The notes below the pieces were generated by a model. The model made no database searches, was not told where the DNA came from, and saw only the letters and a program-made list of their open reading frames with translations. A DNA stretch of 64,000 nucleotides from a virus (taxonomy: Duplodnaviria > Caudoviricetes): positions 88,933 to 152,932 of IMG/VR virus record IMGVR_UViG_3300029288_000084, one strand, 5' to 3'. Both the position numbers and the translations under genes were made by a program. Shown here in pieces: positions 30,102-39,543 of this stretch; position 1 is the first letter of the stretch, and the number at the start of each line of letters is the position of its first letter.

Positions 30102-30974
30102 TTACGGTAGTAACGTTCTGTACACTGATAACTGATGATAAAAATAATCAAAATTTAAAGCTGATTGTTCCATATGATAAAATGTATCACCCCAATCTTC
30201 AAAGGTCATTTTTCCAATTCCTCTGAGGCTGCTATTTAAATCAGCAACAGTAAGAGCTGAAGCTTGATACACTAAGTTGTAAGTATCAAAATTTTGAAAC
30301 TGGTATGCTGATATGATTTCATTTGCAAATGCTAGTGTATATGGATTTTGATCTTGAAGAGCTGGAAGCAATGTACCAATACATTCAACTATTCTCAAAA
30401 AGAAACACTTGCAACCAGCGGGGTGAAGTAAAAGTTCGATGATATCTTTTAATTCCACATATCCATACATTGTGGATTGAATTTCATATGTGTAGAAAGC
30501 TGAGTAGTAATTATCATGAATTTTTGAAGTTTCGTCTAGTGTGTGATTTGAATCTGATAAAAGAAAGACGTGGTCACCAGGGTAGTAGAAACTAAAAGCT
30601 CCCATATGATTCATTAATCGGAAAATAAAATCATATGACTTTTCAGTTCCTTTTGAACTGTAAAAATCCTTCGCATTTTTGATCAGCTTTTTAACACCAA
30701 TGTCTGTAATTCTATATAACGGAAAGGAATTTAGATATTGCTTGACATATTCTTCAAGAACATCTGAATCGCTGTTATAGGGGTCATAAGCATCTTCAAG
30801 TGTATCTATATCTATGTAGTGTAAAAAATCATAGATGAGTTGAATTATCTTACCTTGTTGTTCACAGTATTCAAGGTAACTTCTGATAAATATTTCAAAT
30901 TTAGAATACGTTTCTCGTATATATGGAGTTAAGAAACGATCCATAAAAATAGAAAGAAATTTTTGATCACTCAT
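30102..30974 (-). CDS. Baseplate wedge protein, gp7-like
   Basis: F..FI.SY.EY, DID, FY.SKGTEKS..F.FR, DNYY...YTY, HPAG. Confidence 0.8.
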   Translation of the reverse strand: MSDQKFLSIFMDRFLTPYIRETYSKFEIFIRSYLEYCEQQGKIIQLIYDFLHYIDIDTLEDAYDPYNSDSDVLEEYVKQYLNSFPLYRITDIGVKKLIKNAKDFYSSKGTEKSYDFIFRLMNHMGAFSFYYPGDHVFLLSDSNHTLDETSKIHDNYYSAFYTYEIQSTMYGYVELKDIIELLLHPAGCKCFFLRIVECIGTLLPALQDQNPYTLAFANEIISAYQFQNFDTYNLVYQASALTVADLNSSLRGIGKMTFEDWGDTFYHMEQSALNFDYFYHQLSVYRTLLP

Positions 30975-31159
30975 TTTTTCCTTACATGTGGCCAGTGAAC
31001 TTTAACACATTCAGGACAAATTCCATGAGAAATTCTTTCAGTTTTTTCATCTCTTTTTTCATTTTTCCAAACACCTTCACTTATTTTAGTTCTCTTACAA
31101 TATGAACATACTTTGATAATTGGTTTTTCTTTATCTTCAAATAAAGTTTTAACTTTCAT
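30971..31159 (-). CDS. LFE-leader family protein with zinc finger
   Basis: MKVKTLFED; CSYCKR...SHGICPEC. Confidence 0.8.
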   Translation of the reverse strand: MKVKTLFEDKEKPIIKVCSYCKRTKISEGVWKNEKRDEKTERISHGICPECVKVHWPHVRKK

Positions 31160-31389
31160 CTTGGTTTTTGTTTGAATACATGATTGCTGGGAATGTTATA
31201 TTTTTTCATTAAATACTGTAAATTATCTGAAGTTTCTTTTACTTGTGCTCTACCAGATTCACCATCCCAATAAGCATATCTATCTAATGTCATATCCTGT
31301 GTTTTGCTGACACCTTTTAGAGTAATTTTTTCATTGTTGTCAATGATAAATTTTTCAATGACTTCTTCAAACAATCTTTTTACTTTCAT
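31156..31389 (-). CDS. LFE-leader family small protein (MKVKRLFEE)
   Basis: Shared leader. Confidence 0.8.
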   Translation of the reverse strand: MKVKRLFEEVIEKFIIDNNEKITLKGVSKTQDMTLDRYAYWDGESGRAQVKETSDNLQYLMKKYNIPSNHVFKQKPR

Positions 31390-32604
31390 TTATTCCCCTT
31401 CTGTAAAATTAATAGCGGGTGTGAGAATCGAACTCACCTTAAGTTGGTTATGAGCCAACTGAAGCACCTTGCCTCCTACCCGCAATTTTTCTTTTTTACA
31501 ATTGTTACAATAATAAGTTCTACTACTTTTAGATTCAAATTCATTTTTGCATTGACAACAATTTAATTTATAAATTCTATTTTTCATTTGATTATGTTTT
31601 ACTATTGATTTATTGCATTCGTTACAAAAGTATCTTGTACTACTATTACTAATAAATTCAATATGACATTTTTTACAAATATTTGCACACTTTCTATTTT
31701 TATAATTTTGAATTTTTATTATTTTATATTCGTTGGACTTTTTATAATCTTGAATATTTTTTTGACATTTATAACAAAAATTTTTATTACCGGTATTACT
31801 TTGGAATTCAGTATTACATTTTTTACATATTTTTTTCCAAATTTGTTGTTTTCTTTTTTCTTTAATCAATAATTTAGATTCTTCTTTATGATTTTTTCTA
31901 AACATTCCATTTCTTTGGCCACTATTAGAAATTTTTAATTTTTGTTTTGTTTCTTCAGATGGATAAATTCCCTTATGACTTTCACTATTTATTTTTTTTC
32001 TATTTTCATCTTGTTTCATACCTTTCAATGGACTAATATATCCTTGTTTCACTTTTTCTTTCCAAGTTATTTTTTGTTTTAATTTATGTTCTTCTGAACA
32101 AGGTATCCCTTTATTATGTGACGGTTTTCCTTTTAAATGATGTTCACTATTTTTATATCTATTTTTTAATGATGAACTAGTTTTTTTATTTGATGCTTCA
32201 TCGCGATGTCTACCTGTTAATTTTATACTAATCTTTTTTCTAATTTCCGGTAAAACAAACCTTCCCTTTATTGCTTTTTTAGAAATTTCGTTCCAATTCC
32301 ATTTAGCTCCCTTACTACCGCCGCCGCCATCTGCTAAGTTATACCCATTTGGAATTTTAGTTTTTAATTTCTTAATCCATAACCTTTCATATTTATCTAA
32401 CTCATTAAAATCAAAAATATTTTTAATTAATATCCAACGTTTAAAACATTGTAATCCATATTTTTTAATTGAATTCCATAATTCTTTATTACAACTGGAA
32501 CCCCAATAATTTGATTTTTGAAATTCTTCTTCGGAATTATAATAAATTGATTGCCCTATATACTTTTTTCCATTAATTAAATTTTGAATACAATAAATAA
32601 TCAT
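31390..32604 (-). mobile_element. GIY-YIG/NUMOD3 homing endonuclease with three C-terminal zinc fingers
   Basis: IIYCIQN..KYIG, GYNLADGG, three Cx2C-x13-Cx2C modules. Confidence 0.9.
31413..31484 (-). tRNA. tRNA-Met (CAT), possibly initiator-type
   Basis: GCGGGT/ACCCGC acceptor with unpaired 1:72, GTTGG-CTCATAA-CCAAC anticodon arm, GTGAG-TTCGATT-CTCAC T arm. Confidence 0.85.
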
Positions 32605-34319
32605 TAAATATACCTCGTTAAAGTAATGTTCATTGTTCCAAGTATTATTTTACGGTTTTTCTTATAGAATACATCATTGTTTTCCACCATAAAATTTACA
32701 CGATAACCAGTGATAGGTTGTTCTGTGCTTATGTTAAAATTTGGCCAAATTTCAATCTCACCAGTTGTGTAATCAACTTCACCAATAATAGCATTGCCCG
32801 ATGTATTTAAAATATTTCCTAATTCATCATCGTAAAACCCTTCTGTTGCTGATATCACACATTCAACAGAACCAGGAATCAATTCATTTTCTAATTTCCA
32901 ATGATAATTACCAGAACCAACTTTGGAAAAATAGAAATATGGTTGAATCTCTAAATCTGTGTTTTCGATTTTTGTTAGAGTGTTGATAGCAGTTGTAAAT
33001 TTTGCATTTTTAAACAAGGAATCAAATGAATCCATTTCATCGAAGAAATCTTCGATTTCCCCTTCAACATCATCTCGTACAACATTTAACTGGGATTCAT
33101 ATATTTGACTGTAATATGCTGTGCCAGAAACATCAATGTGGAAATATGAAATATCTATAAATTCTGGGTTGATTGTTAGAATATTTCTTGAATTCATGAA
33201 AGTTGTTAAAGTAGCTTTTTGAGCTGTTGTTAGATTGTAAGCACCAACAGGTTTGATTGCAATCCAAACTTTTCCATAGACTGGATTTTCTGTATCTTCT
33301 TCCCCACCCCAAACATTGATTTCATCTACCAAGGCATGTTGACTAAGAATAGCTTCATAATCACCTTTTGTAACCATTCTATTTTGAGCTTCATAGAATT
33401 TTGGTGCATTCAACTTAATACTATCAAGAGTTTCTTCTTCTGTTCCACCTAACGATTGTTGTTCTAATGTGATTGTGACTTTTGATTGATCGTAAGTCAC
33501 TCCAAGGCTGTCAACTAGGACATCGTTCAAGGAGAATGTTTCAAAATTATTTCCATCTTCGCCATTGCATTCTTTGTAAACAATAAGAATTGTTGAACCA
33601 AGATCTGGAATTTTTCCAACAATATTATCACCGAAAATAATTTTTACGTAACTATCTTCTGTGATTTCTATCGAATACATTTCGGTTGTTTCAGTTGCAC
33701 CAACAATGTTATTTTGATTTGTCCATAATGTACCATCAACATAAACTTCAAAACCATCTTCGTCGACAACAGTACTTTCAACTATGAATTCTTGGTTTGC
33801 TAACCCTGAAGAAACTTCAGACTGAGATGTTTGAGTACCTTCTCTGATTACAATTCCAGTAAACTTAAAATCATTTGCATTTGATAAAACATATTCTTCA
33901 GTTGTATAAAAATGATATCCTTCAACAATGAAATCTGTATATTTCGGGATTGTCAAAGTTGTTGCCAACCCAGTTGGTTTGTAAGCTGTTTTAATTTCGA
34001 AAGTGACAATAGCTTCTGCACCAGCCTTTCTTCGAGGCGTATAGTTTAAATGTTTTACTATTAAGTTGACATTTTTTCTTAAAGTTGCTGAATCTAAAAA
34101 TATCTCATTAACAGACATATTTAGGTAGTATGACATGTAATGAATACAATATGCCATAACATCGACAAAATAAGAAATACCACTTCCTGTGAAGTTTACA
34201 TCAGCAAACTCCGATTTTGTTTTAAGATATGCCTTGAGATTTGTTACAATATCGGCGAATTCAGTTTCGGAAATATTTAATTTCATACTCATTTTATTCT
34301 CACATCTACATTTGAACAA
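32604..34319 (-). CDS. gp6: Baseplate wedge protein gp6 (start may be a few codons downstream)
   Basis: F.D.NF.GS, NE.FLDSA, FGD...GK.P, Q.RMVT..DY, VWGGEE, YGKV.IAIKP. Confidence 0.92.
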   Translation of the reverse strand: MFKCRCENKMSMKLNISETEFADIVTNLKAYLKTKSEFADVNFTGSGISYFVDVMAYCIHYMSYYLNMSVNEIFLDSATLRKNVNLIVKHLNYTPRRKAGAEAIVTFEIKTAYKPTGLATTLTIPKYTDFIVEGYHFYTTEEYVLSNANDFKFTGIVIREGTQTSQSEVSSGLANQEFIVESTVVDEDGFEVYVDGTLWTNQNNIVGATETTEMYSIEITEDSYVKIIFGDNIVGKIPDLGSTILIVYKECNGEDGNNFETFSLNDVLVDSLGVTYDQSKVTITLEQQSLGGTEEETLDSIKLNAPKFYEAQNRMVTKGDYEAILSQHALVDEINVWGGEEDTENPVYGKVWIAIKPVGAYNLTTAQKATLTTFMNSRNILTINPEFIDISYFHIDVSGTAYYSQIYESQLNVVRDDVEGEIEDFFDEMDSFDSLFKNAKFTTAINTLTKIENTDLEIQPYFYFSKVGSGNYHWKLENELIPGSVECVISATEGFYDDELGNILNTSGNAIIGEVDYTTGEIEIWPNFNISTEQPITGYRVNFMVENNDVFYKKNRKIILGTMNITLTRYI

Positions 34320-34527
34320 TATCAGTGACTTTGACTACTGGACCTTTTTTATCGTTAAACTGAATAGGTAGTTTTAAATCACTTTTCCATTTTTCTGCGG
34401 TTTCTCTGTTTGGAAAATACAACCACTCTGTTGGTTCCGACCCATGTTCATTTCGAATAAGTCCTATTTTGAATTTATTATTTTTTTTATTGTGTATTTT
34501 GTACTCAAATAAATTTTTTACTTTCAT
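34306..34527 (-). CDS. LFE-leader family small protein (MKVKNLFEY)
   Basis: Shared leader; inserted between gp25 and gp6. Confidence 0.8.
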   Translation of the reverse strand: MKVKNLFEYKIHNKKNNKFKIGLIRNEHGSEPTEWLYFPNRETAEKWKSDLKLPIQFNDKKGPVVKVTDIVQM

Positions 34528-34907
34528 CTTATCCTCTCTAGTATTACACTTACATCGTATTTTCCAATTGTATTAACTATCTGAAATGTAATGTTGCAAA
34601 TCATTTCATTTGCATCAATGCTTCCAGAGAATTCAACATCAACTTTTGTTACTCGCTTTTCATTTTTCTTTAGGGCAAGTTTTATTTCATCCTTTATCAA
34701 TTCTCTGTTGAATGGGTTGTCTAAATCAAATAGAGCTTGTGAGATTCTTGGTCCAGAATTTGGATTAAACAAACGGTTTCGTGTCATTACAATATTTTTA
34801 ACCGATTGTTTTATCGCATTGACATCTAGAACCTTAGCTATATCATTTCGAATAGTCAGGCCCATGTTTAAATCGATGTCCGAATAAATATCAGTGTGAG
34901 TTGCCAT
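34524..34907 (-). CDS. gp25: Baseplate wedge subunit gp25
   Basis: YSDIDL, AIKQSVKNIVMT, R.F.P..G, E.RV, C-terminal LERIR. Confidence 0.9.
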   Translation of the reverse strand: MATHTDIYSDIDLNMGLTIRNDIAKVLDVNAIKQSVKNIVMTRNRLFNPNSGPRISQALFDLDNPFNRELIKDEIKLALKKNEKRVTKVDVEFSGSIDANEMICNITFQIVNTIGKYDVSVILERIR

Positions 34908-34923
34908 TATACTTCCTCAAAGA

Positions 34924-34931
34924 TATTTATA
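34924..34931 (-). promoter_or_regulatory. T4-type late promoter TATAAATA
   Basis: Exact match upstream of gp25. Confidence 0.75.
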
Positions 34932-34977
34932 ATGACAGAAAAGAAAAAGAAACTATTTTTCTTACTTAAAATCAGTA

Positions 34978-35050
34978 AGGGAGGGGTAGGATTCGAACCT
35001 ACATTTCACGGATCCACAATCCGTCGTTCTGCCAATTGAACTACCAACCC
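34978..35050 (-). tRNA. tRNA-His (GTG), two acceptor-stem mismatches
   Basis: ACGGA-TTGTGGA-TCCGT anticodon arm; GTAGG-TTCGAAT-CCTAC T arm. Confidence 0.8.
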
Positions 35051-35051
35051 A

Positions 35052-35852
35052 TTACTTAATTAAAATCAATCCAGCTAGAACAGCTACAATAACCTCCCCT
35101 ACCTTTCGCCAGAAGAGTTTATTCTTCAGGTTTTTAATTTTGCTGTTAGCAGTACCAAGATCTGTTTTAACTGATTTGATTTGTCGTTCGTAGATAATTT
35201 CATTTGTATCAACAGTTAATTTCAAATTGAATTCAATTCCCTTTAAATCATTTATTTGTGCTTTAAACAAAGGAATTAATTCATCTTCATTTTTCTTATG
35301 CAATGTAAAAATTTTCTCATAATCAATTACGAACACAGAAAGGTCTTCTCTTTCTTTGGGCACAATCTCCATATAATTTCGATCTGCTACGATCTTGACA
35401 TCAATATCATGTCTCTTTAAGGATGCCGCTAATTCAATATCCTTTTCTTTTTGAGATTTCTTTTTAAGATCATTTTTGAAGTCTTCAAAATCATCTTCAA
35501 TCTGTTTCTTTTCATTTTCTTTATCAAGAATCTTCTTATCTCTTTCAGCAACTCTAGCATCAGCTGCTATAATATCCTTTGCTAGTGATTTTACAAACAA
35601 CATCAATTTGGAAATTATTTTTTGATCCTCTTTGTATTGTTGAGCATTGATAGCATTTTCTTTTTCAAGTTTCTTCCCCTTCTGCCAGAGATAATAAGTT
35701 CTCCAACAAACAATCAAGAAAGAAAAAATAAGAATTGCAATTGCAATGTCTTTCAAATTTTTTGCCTTTAAAGAAGTAATAAATTTTACCACAACTTTTT
35801 TTACTGAAGCGAAAGCTTTTTTCAAAAATTCAATTACTTTTTTCATATTCAA
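35052..35852 (-). CDS. Membrane-anchored coiled-coil protein (spanin-like)
   Basis: N-terminal TM, long coiled coil, hydrophobic C-terminus. Confidence 0.45.
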   Translation of the reverse strand: MNMKKVIEFLKKAFASVKKVVVKFITSLKAKNLKDIAIAILIFSFLIVCWRTYYLWQKGKKLEKENAINAQQYKEDQKIISKLMLFVKSLAKDIIAADARVAERDKKILDKENEKKQIEDDFEDFKNDLKKKSQKEKDIELAASLKRHDIDVKIVADRNYMEIVPKEREDLSVFVIDYEKIFTLHKKNEDELIPLFKAQINDLKGIEFNLKLTVDTNEIIYERQIKSVKTDLGTANSKIKNLKNKLFWRKVGEVIVAVLAGLILIK

Positions 35853-36766
35853 TATCTCCTCTGTTGAATTATTTTATCTATTTCATTTAATTGTATTTCA
35901 TCTTTGGTAAAAGACAATTTGAACAATGGTGTACTTATACACATATGTGCAATCATATATCTCATCTTTTCTTGTTGAAAATGAGGCATAAGTTCAATCT
36001 GATTTTTATGCTCATTAAATATATATTTATAACATTCTCCAATTGAAATTTCTTGTAAAGAACAAGTACAAGATTTTTCTAATATACAAATTGCTCCAAG
36101 TGGTACTCGCATATTTGCTGTATAAAGACCCCATGGAGTTCCACAGGCAATAAAACCTTCTGAAGTTTGCCTAACTAGTATTTGATCATCACATAAAATA
36201 AAATTTTTTGATAATTTAGCAGCAGTTGTTTTGCCACCTTCATCTGGAGCTAAGAATAGAATTGCTTTGTTATTTCTAACAATTGCAGATGTGTGAAGTA
36301 ATATAGATGAAAAAGATGGGGCAAATACACTCAGCATCAATGATCCAATTATATTATTATTTTTAAAATTTTCACTTAAGAAAAATATAGCAACATTTTT
36401 CTTAAAATCAAAAATACTAATTGAATTCTCGTTTATTTCAATTGTTAACATTTTACAATAACTTTTAGAAAAAAATAAGTAGTTTTGAAATTGAATAGAA
36501 TACAAAATTTTAGATCGCATAAACGGAATGCCTACAACTGTTGCTTCTTTTAGGCATTGTTGCAATCTTTTATTAGGTAACATTCCACTATACATATTGG
36601 AATTAATTTTTATAATTCTCCATGTTATGTCGGGTTTAGATAAACTTTTATCAATAAGAAATGGATCAAATTCTTGATCTATTGGGTATTCTAAATAATT
36701 ACAAAAAATCTTCAAACCACCGATATCAATATTTGTGTGCATTTCAGTGATGATGACCTGCAGCAC
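35849..36766 (-). CDS. HPr-kinase-like P-loop kinase (ScmC / lasso-peptide-kinase type)
   Basis: LLH.SA, APDEGGKTT Walker A, DD, GTPWG, LGAICILE motifs. Confidence 0.75.
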   Translation of the reverse strand: MLQVIITEMHTNIDIGGLKIFCNYLEYPIDQEFDPFLIDKSLSKPDITWRIIKINSNMYSGMLPNKRLQQCLKEATVVGIPFMRSKILYSIQFQNYLFFSKSYCKMLTIEINENSISIFDFKKNVAIFFLSENFKNNNIIGSLMLSVFAPSFSSILLHTSAIVRNNKAILFLAPDEGGKTTAAKLSKNFILCDDQILVRQTSEGFIACGTPWGLYTANMRVPLGAICILEKSCTCSLQEISIGECYKYIFNEHKNQIELMPHFQQEKMRYMIAHMCISTPLFKLSFTKDEIQLNEIDKIIQQRRY

Positions 36767-36971
36767 TACCTACATTGCAATATGCACTTGGAAATCCACC
36801 ACTTTGACAAGAACCTAAATAAGGCGACATACCACTTCTACATTCAGGTTCAGGCGGTTTAATTCCACACCCACTTTTACATTCACAATTTGGGCTATAA
36901 GAAGTTTGACCTATTACAATGCGAGAATTACAATCAATAGAAACGGGTGGTTCATATTTTATCTTTTTCAT
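36744..36971 (-). CDS. Putative RiPP precursor peptide (YxxP leader, CxxG repeats)
   Basis: MKKIKYEPPVSID leader; CKSG, CRSG, CQSG, CNVG core. Confidence 0.7.
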   Translation of the reverse strand: MKKIKYEPPVSIDCNSRIVIGQTSYSPNCECKSGCGIKPPEPECRSGMSPYLGSCQSGGFPSAYCNVGSAAGHHH

Positions 36972-36977
36972 ATTTAA

Positions 36978-37008
36978 ATTATATACTAAACCTAAAATTA
37001 ATTTAGTA
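36978..37008 (-). promoter_or_regulatory. TACTAAA-N18-TATAAT promoter
   Basis: Conserved motif directly upstream of peptide gene. Confidence 0.65.
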
Positions 37009-37013
37009 AAAAT

Positions 37014-37655
37014 TTAATTATGATCTACTGCTCTTCTAGCTTGTTGACTACATTCATCTAGTAAAACTTTTGTTTCGCCATTTACTAAACAAACAAGCTC
37101 AGTCATAAACAGTTGCATAAAATCTATTGATGCAGAAACAAATTTTATTCTTTTACTATTCTCAGTCGTAAAAAATATTTTTTGGATGACATTATTGTAG
37201 CGAATTAAATTTGGTCTATGTGTCTGATAATACCTCTGTGTAATTTCTTCACCGAGTAACTCTTTCATTCTTTGTTCATTATATTTTGAAGCCGCAAATA
37301 AGTGATCTTGAAAAATTGTATAATTGGTAACATTATCCATATTTAAAGTTAAACCATCTACAATTAAATTAATAAAAGTGTCAGATTTCATAATGGCTAC
37401 TGCTTTATATTTTTCATCTATTTTACTTAAATAATAACATTGAATATCTGAAAATTTTTGTTGTATTTTGTCAATATCTGTGTTTGCTATCATATAATCT
37501 TTTAAGACTTTTACATCTTTTGACATTATATTAAAATTTTCAGATATTTTTTTTATATCTTTTCTCGTTTTTATTTGAGGTAATGATTGTATTAAAGTTG
37601 TTAAAACTGCAAATCCACCAACAGATAGAGATACAGCTAATGCTTCGCTCATCAT
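37014..37655 (-). CDS. N-terminally membrane-anchored hypothetical protein (possible lysis protein)
   Basis: Single N-terminal TM; late promoter upstream. Confidence 0.45.
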   Translation of the reverse strand: MMSEALAVSLSVGGFAVLTTLIQSLPQIKTRKDIKKISENFNIMSKDVKVLKDYMIANTDIDKIQQKFSDIQCYYLSKIDEKYKAVAIMKSDTFINLIVDGLTLNMDNVTNYTIFQDHLFAASKYNEQRMKELLGEEITQRYYQTHRPNLIRYNNVIQKIFFTTENSKRIKFVSASIDFMQLFMTELVCLVNGETKVLLDECSQQARRAVDHN

Positions 37656-37700
37656 TTGAAATAAACTCCTCTAAGATTTCTGATTTTCAAACCTCAATAT

Positions 37701-37708
37701 TATTTATA
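37701..37708 (-). promoter_or_regulatory. T4-type late promoter TATAAATA
   Basis: Exact match, intergenic. Confidence 0.65.
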
Positions 37709-37715
37709 AAAGGAG

Positions 37716-38642
37716 TTATGTTTTATTCACATTTCTTATGAATAGCACATCTTCGTTTGATGCATTTTTAGAAAATTCCAACCAACGCTTTTGATTCTTT
37801 ATGCCTGAAATTTGTGCCATCCATTCGATTGCTTCCTTAAAATTTGTGTTTATCATTATAGCATGAATACAAGTTTCTCTAGCTTCATTTCCACGATTTA
37901 AAAACCAAAGACATTTTGATAATTGAAAATACACTTCAGCAACTTCAGGTGCCCAAACCTTTGTTTTAGAAATTTCTAAGTACATTGAATAGTAGTAAAG
38001 TGCAGTGATGTAATCAAATCTGTAAACATATTCTCTAGCAAGATAAAATATAGATCTTATATCGTTTGGATTTTTTGTAACTTCTTGTTTTAAAATTCTT
38101 AATGATCTATTGGGGTCGGTTTTATGTGTTGGTGAATAATCATATACAACTGTAATATCTAGATATTTTGTTGCAGTAGAATTTATATAATTATGAACTG
38201 CCCCAACCCAGTAAACTTCACCACTCTTTTTGTATAATCTAGGAGATAAATGTTTTGTCGTTCCATCAACAGAAATGACATTCACGTTTATCGCATTTGT
38301 TTTACCATCATCTAGTTGAGGGAGTAACATTTTTATTTTTGCTATTCCATCTTGTTCAAGTTGTTCATCTGCATCAATCGTTAACACCCAATCTCCAGTT
38401 ACATATTCTAATGCTTTGTTTCTTGCTTCAGCAAAATTATCATTCCATTTGTAAACATTTTCTATATAATTAACATTATCTATAACATTTTGATATATAG
38501 TAAAATCTGCTACTATTTCTCGAGTTTTATCAGTTGAACCAGTATCTAATATAATTATTTCATCAGCATCTTTTACTGATGATAAACATTTTTTGATCAT
38601 CTCTTCTTCATTTTTGACTATCATACAAACGGAAAGTTTCAT
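37716..38642 (-). CDS. GT2 glycosyltransferase with TPR domain
   Basis: LSVCMIVKNEE, DTGSTD, F..ARN, IDADE, FYLAREY TPR. Confidence 0.92.
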   Translation of the reverse strand: MKLSVCMIVKNEEEMIKKCLSSVKDADEIIILDTGSTDKTREIVADFTIYQNVIDNVNYIENVYKWNDNFAEARNKALEYVTGDWVLTIDADEQLEQDGIAKIKMLLPQLDDGKTNAINVNVISVDGTTKHLSPRLYKKSGEVYWVGAVHNYINSTATKYLDITVVYDYSPTHKTDPNRSLRILKQEVTKNPNDIRSIFYLAREYVYRFDYITALYYYSMYLEISKTKVWAPEVAEVYFQLSKCLWFLNRGNEARETCIHAIMINTNFKEAIEWMAQISGIKNQKRWLEFSKNASNEDVLFIRNVNKT

Positions 38643-38659
38643 TATTTACCTCTCTATTA

Positions 38660-38690
38660 ATTATATTATATTTTCAACGAATGTTTAGTA
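38660..38690 (-). promoter_or_regulatory. TACTAAA-N18-TATAAT promoter
   Basis: Conserved motif and spacing. Confidence 0.65.
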
Positions 38691-38701
38691 AATTAATATT
38701 A

Positions 38702-39181
38702 TTAATTTTCAACAAATATTATTGGTTTATAAACTAATTTAACAGGAATGGCGAAATTGGTATAACCACTGCCATTCCAGTAAGAATATGCTGGAATATC
38801 AAAATATGTTCCTGTATATGATGTAGTACCAGCAACATAGTCAATTTTGTTAGAAACAGTTCTGGTAATCTCAAAATATAATGATCCGGCTAAAATTTTA
38901 TTTATATTCCAAACTACATCTGCAGTAGAAACCTCCACAGTATTACTGCCATAGCTTATGGTTGCTATTTTTAATTCGTATGTTCCTGCATATAAGTCCC
39001 ATAAAACTTGTTTGATAAAAATTGGGTATTTGATATTAACATAAGCAGCATATTTAGTGTAACTACTGGCAGATGTTCCACCTCTATCAAGTCCATTAGT
39101 TTCGGCATTTAAGTAATAAAATCCGCCATCATATAATTGTGGAATGCTACCAACACTTTGTCGATTACGATTAAAACTCAT
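38702..39181 (-). CDS. Putative fibre-associated structural protein
   Basis: Tyr/Gly/Thr-rich, coupled to fibre genes. Confidence 0.45.
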   Translation of the reverse strand: MSFNRNRQSVGSIPQLYDGGFYYLNAETNGLDRGGTSASSYTKYAAYVNIKYPIFIKQVLWDLYAGTYELKIATISYGSNTVEVSTADVVWNINKILAGSLYFEITRTVSNKIDYVAGTTSYTGTYFDIPAYSYWNGSGYTNFAIPVKLVYKPIIFVEN

Positions 39182-39531
39182 GCTATAATCCTGTTAACAA
39201 AACCATAAATGATTAAAACGTCAGTAGTTCCCGCAAAAGCGTTTATTTCTAATGCGTGTTGCAATACCAATCCAGGTATGATACAATATAAACCACTTTC
39301 GGCTGGTATTGTTTTTTCAATATTACCATCTGGTACAGCATGAGTGCCAAACTCAAGTGTTAATTTGACATCAGATGTTGAACTGTTCACACAATACAAC
39401 CATATTTCATCCCAATCAGTTTCATTGTCTGGACATACATGTATTAGTGTGCCAGGAGTTGATGTAGCACTTATTTTAATTCCTAATCCATTTGTAGAAC
39501 CTGATAATCCAACTTTTGAGAATGTTGCCAT
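39178..39531 (-). CDS. Small beta-sandwich virion protein
   Basis: LSGSTNG..I, DEIWLY..N, IPAESGL..IIPGL, GFVNRI. Confidence 0.6.
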   Translation of the reverse strand: MATFSKVGLSGSTNGLGIKISATSTPGTLIHVCPDNETDWDEIWLYCVNSSTSDVKLTLEFGTHAVPDGNIEKTIPAESGLYCIIPGLVLQHALEINAFAGTTDVLIIYGFVNRIIA

Positions 39532-39543
39532 GTTTGTTTTCTC

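Noticed and set aside
36024-36031. TATAAATA inside the kinase gene
   Set aside because: Intragenic and about 170 nt from the next start; expected by chance in AT-rich DNA, though not excluded
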